This document shows, piece after piece, positions 28,207 through 38,619 of a DNA stretch of 64,000 bases. Made by a program: the position numbers and the translations under genes. A model generated the notes under the pieces. It was not told the DNA's origin. It worked only from the letters and a program-made list of their open reading frames with translations, and searched no databases. The stretch lies in NCBI GenBank assembly GCA_028534125.1, contig CM052816.1, positions 19,904,001 to 19,968,000 on the forward strand, written 5' to 3'. The stretch is from Lama glama. Lineage: Eukaryota. The number at the start of each line of letters is the position of its first letter. The stretch's first letter is position 1.

Positions 28207-28783
28207 TAAGCATTTTGAATGAATGTGGACTTTTTTAGTGTACTAAAAAGTTTTTGTATTAGGAAATTTTACTAGCACGAGAATTGCTACATAGGTTAAT
28301 ATTAAACAACATGAAAATTCAGTTTAACAAAAACTTACTGAGCTTCTGTATTTACTATGTAAACAGTAGAATTACAGGTGTCATGGTGAAAATTCTAATA
28401 ATAAAAATAATTACAATTAGCATTCATTACACAGTTACTATGTCCTACACAGTGTGCTAAGCTCTTTATACACATTCTCAATTGTCATCAGATGCCAGAG
28501 ATAACATTAAATAAGTAATCAATACTTCTTAACTTTATTCCTATTTAGACATCTGACTCACAATAATCCAGTTTTTCCTCTCTAATAGCATCTCTGTCCT
28601 ATATATTATAATTAACATTCATTTCCCAGATGGTTTTTGTTTTTTCTCTGCTTTACTTATCCTTTATTGCAGTCCCTGTTGTCTTATTCTCCCCACCAAA
28701 CTGGAAGTTCCTTGAAGACAAGGACCATGTCTCTTAAAGCCTTTCTGTGTCCCACATTGTATATAAACTATATAATGACATAT

Positions 28784-29045
28784 GATTACCAGGAGGGAAG
28801 GGGGTGGAAAGGGATAAATTGGGAGTTCAAAATTTGCAAATATTAACTACTATATATAAAATAGATAAACAACAAGTTTCTACTGTATAACACATGAAAC
28901 TATATTCAATATCTTGTAGTAACCTATAGTGAAAAAGAATATGAAAATGAATATATGTATGTATATGTATGACTGAAATATACTGTATACCAGAAATTGA
29001 TACATTATAACTGACTGTACTTCAATTTAAAATATATATATATAT
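28784..29045 (+). mobile_element. Young L1 3' end
   Basis: GGGATAAATTGGGAGTTCAAAATTTGC...CTATATTCAATATCTTGTAGTAACCTATA; same family as the 20020-20318 minus copy. Confidence 0.85.
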
Positions 29046-30103
29046 AATAATGATAATGTAGATTAATAAGTCAGCCATGCTTCTTAAAAAAATACCATTT
29101 TCTATTTGGGCTTTGAAAGAAACAGAGAAAGTTTATCATTAATTGCAAAATCATTCAGTTTGCCTTTGGATGTGAGGTCAGAAACATGAATATCAATTAA
29201 AAATGTGATAGAGTTAAGATTAAGAATAAAAAAGTCCAGGAACTGCCATTGAAGATAGACTGAAATAGAAAAAGGCAAAGAAAAGAGAATCTGAAAGTAG
29301 CTAGAACTTCATGCATTTTAGGAATTTTAATCTAAAACAAAAATGAGAAGAAGATATATTGAAAGTGCCATTGATGAAAAGTGTCAGTTGTTGAATGAAA
29401 AAGGTGCTTCCTATCAGTTCTACCTATACAAAGTTGATTTCTTTTGGGTATTTAGATATTAGAATTTTATTATTATAGGGTGAAAGTTCTTGAGTTCCAA
29501 TTATAAAGTGCTCAGAAAATATTTGGGGAAGATCTTTTTGATAAGAGGCCTCTTCCTTTCTTGGACCTTCTGCAGTACTAGGGGTTTTGACAGAAGTGTG
29601 CCATTTTCCACTGTATAGCACAGGGAACTATATTCAATATCTTGTAGTAACACTTCCAGAAGTATGCCACTAGTTATTTTCTTCATCTCCTCACACTACC
29701 TTTTACTAGAATTTTAGGGAATAATTCATTCATGAAAGAATTCATTCAGTCCCAAACTGATAGGAATAGCTGCTTCAAGGAGGGGAACTGTGCAACTCAG
29801 GGAGAGGGGTGGGAAGGAGTCTTCACAGTATAGCCTTTTGAGTTTTGAGCCATGTGAATGGATTTTCTATTAAGAAATGGATAACTGGGGGGAAAAAGGG
29901 AAACTAAAACCAAAACAATTTCCCTTCAATACTGATGTATTCTGTTGTATTTTATACTAAAAATCTTTCCCTAGAGTAAGATTTCAGAAACTAGGCCATC
30001 TTTTAAGTACTGCTGCTTTAAAGAACCACTTTAAAGGATAAAGTGGCCTGAGTTTTCCTTGAAAAGAATAATATATTTATCAAAATTAAAAATAATACTT
30101 TGA

Positions 30104-30850
30104 AGTGGAAGGAAGTTCTAGTGGGTTGAGGTATCCGTGGGAGCAGTCAGGTGGTGGGAGACGCCATATGGGAACCCAAGCTGTGGATTAAGCTTGATCA
30201 AAATGACAACCTCCCAAAAGCTTCTTCGTGGCAGAACCCATGGGGGAACAGCCAGAAAACCTTGCCAGTATTGGTGAAGTTCTGGGCAAAAAGCTGGAGG
30301 AAAGGAGATTTTACAAGGCCTATGTGGTCTTAGGCCAGTTCCTGCTACTAAAAAAAGATGAAGACCTTTTCCAGGTACAGCTGAAGGACACATGTGACAC
30401 CAAAGCCAAGCAGTCCCAGGACTGTTTAAGGTGCCTTACAGAGTGGTATGAAGCTGTCTTGTAATACTCTCTGAGGAGCCACCCTGCCCTAGCCCCAGTA
30501 TTGAGTCTCCAGAGTTTGCAGCCAAATGAGGCCTCCTCCCCTGTCCTCTACAAAGGAAAAGATTACTGTTGTCATTGTCACCTCCAATGTACTCCAGCGT
30601 CTTTTGAGAATTCTCTCCCTTCATCATTTCCACTTTTTTTGGAATTCTCATTCTTGCATGCATCTCCCTTCTCTCCCTGCCAGTTTTATGTCAGCAGTTA
30701 CCAGATTTTCTGAGAGGATTCCTTGCCCATTTCCTCATGATCATCCTCGCCTCTGGTCTGTTTTATGCCATTTAGCCCTTTTTGGCTGAACACTCACTGT
30801 CCTTGTAAATTATTTTAAGTCAGTAATGTCAGTGGCTTTAAAAAAAAAAA
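30104..30850 (+). pseudogene. BANF1: Processed (retro) pseudogene of BANF1 (barrier-to-autointegration factor) in CDKL3 intron 7
   Basis: ATG at 30203 MTTSQK, then a frameshift; the ORF 30228-30464 reads VAEPMGE...[11 protein letters not shown]...[10 protein letters not shown]...KKDEDLF...AKQS. Intronless, with 5' and 3' UTR-like sequence, A11 tail at 30840-30850, and TSD core AATACTTTGA at 30094-30103 and 30855-30864. Confidence 0.95.
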
Positions 30851-31118
30851 GAGCAATACTTTGAGTAAACTTTGCATCACAAAAGGGATCTAATTCATTT
30901 AAGTCTATTTTGTAAAAGTTTTATTAATAGTTGAATTACCATGGAAAAATTTTTGAAACATGTGTCTTTACCAGGAAGCAATTTGTATTTGGTTAATGTT
31001 GTGCCATCTCTTGGCATGCATTACTGATTATTTATGTTGTAGAGCTAATGTAAATCAATTAATTGTCCATTAAAGATAAAAAACTACATAAAGTATTTGA
31101 TATTGCTTGTTTTATCAG

Positions 31119-31272
31119 ATTCATACCAGAACTGAGAGCTAAAATACTACAAGAAGCAAAAGTTAATTCATTCATAAAGCCAAAAGAGAATTTTAAAGAA
31201 AATGGATTTAAGAAAGATAAAAGAAAAATAATTTATACTGATACACTGCTAAGCACTTCAGTTTGGGGAAAG
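31119..31272 (+). CDS. CDKL3: CDKL3 exon 8 (FIPELRAKILQEAK...SVWGK)
   Basis: Acceptor ttttatcag|, donor AAG|gtaaaa; 154 nt. Confidence 0.95.
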
Positions 31273-31378
31273 GTAAAAACTGGTTTTCTTTTTAGTCAAT
31301 ATTGCTGTATTATAGTTAGCACTCTAATAATATTAAAAACTGTTCTTCTGACTCAGATTTTGAATGTATCTATTCCAG

Positions 31379-31692
31379 GAAATGGAAAAAGAGAAAAAGC
31401 CCAAGGAGATCAAAGTCAGAGTTATTAAAGTCAAAGGAGGAAAAGGAGCTATCTTAGAACCAAAAAAGACAGAGTGTGAAGGTAGACACTGTCAACAGGA
31501 TGCAGCTGAAATTGCTCATACCAAACTTGTAATCAGCGAACCACCAAACCCTGTCAATCCCAGCACTAACTCTTTGGGCATGAAAGATGATCCACATGCT
31601 GGAGGTAGTATGATGATGCCACCCATTAATCTAACTAGCAGTAATTTGATGGCTTCAAATCCCAGTTCAAATCTCTCCCACTCCAATTCAAG
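31379..31692 (+). CDS. CDKL3: CDKL3 exon 9 (EMEKEKKPKEIKVRVIKVKGG...NLSHSNS)
   Basis: Acceptor tattccag| after a 106-nt intron, donor AAG|gtgagt; 314 nt. Confidence 0.95.
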
Positions 31693-32805
31693 GTGAGTTC
31701 TAACAGAAAAGAAATAGAAGGAAATAAGCCTAAAGTAATACAGTGTTCTTATATAATGGTATTACAACAAATCAAGTTCATAGCATCTGTATAAACTGAA
31801 TTTGAAGGTATATTGAAATTATAATCACGTAATGGGCCATTACTAAGTGCTTCTTGTGAATGCTAATGAAGAAATTAACTTTTTTTGGCTATCTAGGTGT
31901 TTAGATTTTCACTAATGCCTTTTGGAAAAACCTTTTTTAAAAAAAGACTCTCAGAAACAGTACGTCTCATTTGAAAAGAATAATGTAACATGACCTTAGT
32001 TTTGATAGTGATGTGCCTTCATATAACAAAGTAAGCTTTATTTTTGTATCACAGCAAATTGTCTAAATGGAGAAAGGATAGTTGAGAATAGTTTAATAAT
32101 CAAATAACTTTTCAAGGTCAAGTATTTTAGGAGAAAAAACAACATTTAGGACCAATTTTAGATTTAGCTACTAATACAGATTAAGAGACTGGTACCGTGA
32201 GCCTGGTTAATCAAGGGCAATGTGATGGATGGCAAGGGTCTGTCTAGCGAGGCATCAGAGGCCAGTTCTAAATTTAGGGGAACTACTATAGCTCTAGATG
32301 GAGAAGGACACTAGGTTCAAAATCCTAAGCTGATCCTAGCAGACTGGTGAAGCTTAGTAGTCTGCAGAGGTGGGAAAGTGGACATGTCTGTGTTAGTCCA
32401 AAGGTACAACAGGCTACAGACAGCAAGTACTCAATCATTCTTGAAGTGATTTCCAAGCTATAGTTGTAATAATCAGAGTTATGAACTAACCTTGCTCAGA
32501 AAGCTCAGAAATTCAGAATCCAGTAGTTAAGAGATCCAGGTTCAGAACAGATAGAAAGGACCAAGTAGGCCAGTTTGAGTAACCCCACAACATGGTTGTC
32601 ACCACTGATGTTAGCCATGAGTGAGTTATTCTCTGCTTTATTTTCACCTCTATTTAGAGCAATCGGTACTTAAGGACTGACAGTTGCATTTTGGCACTCA
32701 TTGTTCAAACAGTAGACTACCATGGTACAACTTACCATTATTGAAGCTAAAATAGAAGCACTTCTGGGGAATTCTAATAATTTCTCATTTGTTTTCAAAT
32801 AATAG

Positions 32806-32896
32806 GTTAACTGAAAGAGCAAATAAGAGACGTACTTCACAGTTTATTGGACAAGTTATGTCTAATAGCAGGCATGAGGATACAGGTCCCACTCAA
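32806..32896 (+). CDS. CDKL3: CDKL3 exon 10 (LTERANKRRTSQFIGQVMSNSRHEDTGPTQ)
   Basis: Acceptor aataatag|, donor CAA|gtaagg; 91 nt; phases consistent. Confidence 0.92.
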
Positions 32897-33931
32897 GTAA
32901 GGCAAGAAGCTTATCATTAAAATATGGCCTCTTCAGTGTTATCCCTCTACCTCTTATCCTCTTCTTTATCTTTGGGGCTCTAACACTTTTTAAAATGTAC
33001 TTTTAGTTTCCTTTTTTTTCCCTAAGATGAAAATAGGTCATAATTTTCTTAGTGCTTTCACGATTTTAGTTAATTTCTTATAACTTGATTTGTGTATTTA
33101 TTGTGTGACTTAGGGAAAAATATTTTCACCTTTAAAAGTCACAAGACTTTTTGTTTTTTCACGTCCAAAAAATGTTTTTAATATCTCACTTTATAGATAA
33201 AAAGCAGTTGTCGCATATGTACATCTTACTTTCCACTAGAAAAAATAATCAATATAGTTTGTTTCCTTATTTTTCACATAGAAAAGTAGTTTAATTAAAA
33301 ATTGCAACAGTGTTATTTATAATAATAAATCACTAAAAACAACAGAAATTCTTCCAAGAGCCAGTGACAGGTTAAGTATGTTAGAGTATATCCACACCAT
33401 GGGGTAACTACAGATTACATTGTGGAAGAGTTCATTAACCTAGGAAAGTTTCAATTTTCTGTTGTCAAATGAGCAAAAATACATAACACAAAAGGTTTTT
33501 CCAGAATGCTGGGTTCACAAGTAATTGTTTTCCTTTGGATTTTTCCAGTGTTTAAAGCATATCATTTTGTAAATAGAAAAATAAGTTGTTAATAAGATGA
33601 ACTGAAACAATTTGTCCAAAGTCAGAGTGCAATGAATAGGATCAAAAATTAAAAGTTGAGACTGTAGTTCTTATGATCAAGACTATTATTCTCAGATTAT
33701 CCAGTATGATTTAAAAAAAAGTTTACTTTATGAAATTTTTATTGGCATTTGATCTGTTTATATGTTTGATGGTATTCTCTTCTACTTCTTAATTACTAAA
33801 ATAACCTTGCAAAGATAGTCATTTTTATGCCTGTCTTACACCATCCAAATGGCTAGCAATTCTAGGCTTGTCATTCAATAAGTAGTTACACAGCTTTCTT
33901 CAAATTAACTCTTGTTTATTTGTTTGTTTAG

Positions 33932-34094
33932 AACCAGATGGAGAAGGGTGTGTTTAATGAGCGAACAGGTCAAAGTGACCAAATGGCAAATGGAAACAAA
34001 AGGAAGCTGAATTTTTCCAGATCTGACAGGAAAGAATTCCATTTCCCAGAATTGCCTTTCACAATACAGTCAAAGGAGATGAAAGGAATGGAAG
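33932..34094 (+). CDS. CDKL3: CDKL3 exon 11 (NQMEKGVFNERTG...KEMKGME)
   Basis: Acceptor tttgtttag|, donor AAG|gtatac; 163 nt; an in-frame CAG acceptor lies 6 nt downstream. Confidence 0.93.
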
Positions 34095-34900
34095 GTATAC
34101 ATTTGTTGCATAGCTTTAGAAATTTCCAGACTTCATCTTTTGCAAGACCTTTTTTGGTAGTATAATTTACATGTTATAATGTGGTTTAGGTAGAAAGGAG
34201 TATATTGCTGTGCAAAATATTTTCAGCCGATGAGAATTTTTCCCCATATTCAAATAAGGTGTGAGACTTAAAGAAGGTAATTTTAAAGGAGGATTAAGAA
34301 AACTTTAAAAAGTAAAATTTTCATTAGTTTAATTTTGTTGAAGTGTTAGATCAGTATTTGAGGAAGTTGTTTTTGGTTCAGTATATGACTGGAGTAAATC
34401 ACTTTCCTCTGTTTCTCCGTGATTATTTGCCCATATAATAACAGGAATGATATATGTGCTTCAGGCATCCAAGGATTTACTAGATTAGGATTTATAACAT
34501 ATATTGAGCTCATAAATGAAACTCATTGTTTTTGCTGAGTAAATGTTATGTTTCTTTGAAGAACAGTGACACCTTGTGAAAAGTTAATATAATAGCAAGA
34601 AAATAGTACTTGCACAGCTCAAGAGGAATTATCTGATCCACTTGACAGTTATACTCAGAATTTTAAAAATAAATGTCTTCTTTTAATACCTGGCAGACTA
34701 TTTGTCAAGTTATATAACAAATCATTTATGATTGGCACATTATACCATTACAACTCACGATTTGTTCAGTCCCTTTATAATAAACTGAGAAACTGACTTC
34801 AGTGGATATCAGGAATTTTCATTTGAATCTCTTGGAAAGGAAAGTAAAATTTCAAGGTAGGAATAACAAGTTCTCATTGTTGTTTATATTTCTGCAAAAG

Positions 34901-34998
34901 TTAAACATATAAAAGTGCTGAAGAGGGAATCAAAGAAAACAGATTCATCTAAAATACCAACTTTAATTAATGCAGATCACTATCAAGAAAAACAAGAG
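34901..34998 (+). CDS. CDKL3: CDKL3 exon 12 (KHIKVLKRESKKTDSSKIPTL...QEKQE)
   Basis: Acceptor tttctgcaaaag|, donor GAG|gtaaaa; 98 nt, ends in phase 0. Confidence 0.92.
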
Positions 34999-36902
34999 GT
35001 AAAACTTTTTTTGTTTATAGCTTTCATTAAGTAATGCTGTTTAGAACACTTGACTTAGTATATAAATTTAGCTATTATAATAGCAAGAAAATAGGTAAAA
35101 ATTAAAAATTCTGTAATCTTTGAAGTTGAGAAATTGAACTATATTTTCCTAGAATAACCAAATACTAAAGGTTTTAAAAAGTTATTTTGGGGGAGTAGTA
35201 AATACCCACTCTCATTTGAATGTTGAGTGACTGAATATACAGCACCCAAGGAAGATAATATATGTTATGCATACTACCTGGTGGTGGGTAAGCCATGCCA
35301 GAGGAAAGGGATAATGGTGTAAACATTGGGCTATAACAGCCACAAGAACATATGTATTTGTCTTTAGCCCTTTTCTTCCTGCTTTTTCTCCAACTTATCC
35401 CACCCCCATCTCTGCTGTCTATCTAATTCCCTGTTTTCACAAAGATTTGCTCTTAGCTATCAGATAATCTTGAATTTTATTTGGGAATCTTGAAGAAGCG
35501 ATCAACATTCAAATGAATACTCTCTGAAATATTCTTTTAAGGGAAGGGGATTGTGCTGAGCACCCACTGAATTATATAAACAACCTTCTATCCTGCATAC
35601 TTGTGAGGTCATCAACTTCATTATCTGTTCCTTATTTTTTAAATAAAATTGACTACATTTTTATTCATGATAAAATTAGCATGTACTTATTAAGGAAATT
35701 TAAAGAAATTAGAAAAATAGAAACATTAACCTGAAACTATGTAAAAAGGCATTTTAACTAAGTCTATCCAATCTCTACAACATTCAGATGAAAGGGTTAT
35801 CAGACATTGTTAGATATATTTTCACAGTGACATTAATGCCTTATTCTGGGCCTAGAACCTGTTAACAACTCCACAATCAACTTTGCAGAAAAGAATTAGT
35901 TTCTAGGTAGAACAAGAAAGGCATTAATGGTCATCTTTTAGTTTGTTATAAAAAGTAATAAGGTAGCTTTAAACTTCTAAACTTGGGTGACTTATTGATC
36001 TCACAGTGTGTTAAACAGCACCAGGGTTGGCATATTTTTTTAATGATTGGGTGAGTTAGGTTTCTTGAATTTGGGAAGACTAGTAATGTGCTACATGTGT
36101 TTATCCTACTGTCCTATGAGAGCCCCCAAAACTAAAGTTACATTTCAATGCAGGAAGAAAGGAACTCTTAAGACAGTTCTGTCACTTAAAAAAATACATA
36201 AGTAAATAGGAGGGAAAATCCCTTCTTGCTCATATGGTGTAGAATGCCTGAAAAGATAATCTTTTTAAGAGTAACCTTGAAACAGTTGTAGTTATTAGAA
36301 ATATCCAGAAGTCATCAATGATGATTGTAGTTTATTTGTACTAATCATTTAAATGCAGTTCTCACAAATGACTGAAATTGCATGTAGGGCTAGTCCAAAT
36401 GCTTTTAATAAGTTAATGTCAGAATTAAGAAAGTTTCCTAAATTTTGAGTTGGTAGTTTGTTATTTTAGAGCATGAGAGAATTTGACATGTTTTTAAAAA
36501 CATAAAATAGGGAATACCAGCTTTGTTCTGTTCTTGGCTCTGCCATTCATTTGCTTTCGAATTACTGAATTGCATCCAGGCACTTCCCGTTATACATTAA
36601 ACTCTTTCAGGCATCTTAAATGTATACTGAAATAGTATATACATGTATTGAATAGACTCTGACCTAGAGAGAAACCCTAATTACTGCTAATGAGTGAGTT
36701 AGGCAAGAGAGAAAGAATCCATACAAAAGCCACCTTCAATTTTATCTCACGATGATAATAAGGAATACTTTGCTAGAGGGTCTCCCTGTACCTATAAAAT
36801 AACCCCCAGGTACAAAATACAAATACTTATCTTTGGCTGTATTTCCTTAGCCAAAGACTCACCATGTCCTCAATTAAGGTCCTGTTTCTATTTACTTTTT
36901 AG

Positions 36903-36956
36903 AATACAGGAAATGCACAAACTGAAAGGAAGAAGAACCTGCCAGATATAGAGTAG
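36903..36956 (+). CDS. CDKL3: Candidate alternative last coding exon of CDKL3 (NTGNAQTERKKNLPDIE*), giving a 584-aa isoform
   Basis: Strong acceptor tttctatttactttttag|; purine-rich, open in phase 0 for 17 codons to TAG. Confidence 0.6.
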   Translation, partial: NTGNAQTERKKNLPDIE

Positions 36957-37621
36957 AAAATGCAGCAGCTGAAAATTCAGGGAATCCCAGAATCACTGTA
37001 TGGTTAAAAAAAATCCTTTTTATTAATACTACATACACAAAAGTGCTGACTAGAGAATTCTACAGATATATTGTAAATCCTGTGTAGTTATGTGTATACT
37101 CACCTCAGTTTGTTTTTAAATTTCTTAATCTTTAGATTATTCATGTTTTCTTAATTTGAACATTAATTTATAAAAACTGCCTAACTAGTGCATCCTAATA
37201 AAACTACAGCTTACATTAAGTCATATAATTTTATCTGATGACCTGTTATCTCAGTCATGTTTGATTAGTGGTCATTCTAAGCTTTGGTTCAAAACTTTAT
37301 AGATAGAAAAGCTTCCAGATGTGTAATAAAGTGAGATTCCAATATCTGGGAGCACCAAACATTTCTGAGCAAACAAATACACTTGATAAGCATGAAACAG
37401 GGGTTTTGTTCCACACTGGACATTCCTGAGCAGCATTTAAACATGTCATGAAGGTTGTTTAAAAGAATGGAACTCTTTTGGCTTGACAAGCATGTTTATC
37501 CTTTAGTAGTTTGCTTAGAATATATTGTTACGTATAATTTAACATTAATACAGTCAAGGTTTTGGTAACATGTATCTACATTCTTATCCTTGGTTCTTAT
37601 TGGCTTGGTTTCTAATTTTAG

Positions 37622-37681
37622 GGTGGAGATGGCCATTGTAAGGGGAAGAATTTGAAGAGGAACAGATTTTTTTTCTGGTAG
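37622..37681 (+). CDS. CDKL3: CDKL3 terminal coding exon (GGDGHCKGKNLKRNRFFFW*)
   Basis: Acceptor ctaattttag|; phase 0; matches the human CDKL3 C-terminus as I recall it (GGDGHCEGKNLKRNRFFFW); TAG at 37679-37681. Confidence 0.9.
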   Translation, partial: GGDGHCKGKNLKRNRFFFW

Positions 37682-38347
37682 TGTCTTTTCTTTTAAATCT
37701 TAAAAATACAAATTGGCAAGTCTTCCCTTTAATTTTACATGCAGTGGAAATGTAACGTGAGCTGTTAAGACAGCAATTCCTATGCATTAGCATCGTACAA
37801 CTTTGTTTTGTTAGTAAACCACTGTTTTCTTCTTTCTTTCTTTCTTCTAAGAATTCTGTTGATGTGATGCTTTGATTTGGATTTATAAAGTCATCTCCTT
37901 TCTGCCTGCTTCTTTACTTGCCATGATTACTGAGTAGGTGATATATCCTGTCATATGACCCACACTGTATATATACTGATTTCTACCCTCTGCTAGTCAC
38001 ATAATGTAAGTGTCAGTTATTTCCTAAAATGCTCAGGCTTCCTGAAGTGAATTCTTAATGAAATATCTGACCATTAAAAAAAAAAAAGATATTCATTACC
38101 ATTACATGATTATAAATATGTTCTGTTAATCAGCTATAAAAGTATTTATAATATTTATAAAGTATCTGAAAATTATATGATATTTAACTGTTACATTTTT
38201 GTATACTTTTAAACAACTATCAGCACCCTTCCGGTTTCCTAGTTCCAGCTGATAGTGCCTCTTATGTGGTACAGACTTTTTCTATTTAAGTACAATCCAG
38301 AAGAGGTATACAACTAAAATTCTTGATTGTTGTATTTTTTAAAAAAC

Positions 38348-38493
38348 AATAAAGTGAGGTTATCTGGTATTTTACCAGAAGTCTGCCTGATTTCCTATTT
38401 ACTAAATAGACGTGAAAAACAAAGGAAAACATAATTTTTTTATTACAATATTGTGATTTCTTTTCAATTCATTAAAAGGTTGATAAGAATAAA
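38348..38493 (+). terminator. Candidate polyadenylation signals of CDKL3
   Basis: AATAAA at 38348-38353 and 38488-38493, ATTAAA at 38471; unique sequence gives way to L1 at about 38.62 kb. Confidence 0.45.
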
Positions 38494-38619
38494 CAGCTGA
38501 GATTATTATATATAATATACCTTTCTAACAGACTCCTTGTTAGCTTTAGTAAGTAATCTCCTCCAGGGAGATTAAGAGTTGTCCCTGTGGTAGGTTTACT
38601 AAATAGAAGTTTGCCCATT

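Noticed and set aside
31063..31428. 121-aa ORF spanning exon 8 and intron 8
   Set aside because: Just exon 8 plus read-through of the 106-nt intron, which shifts the frame and stops early in exon 9.
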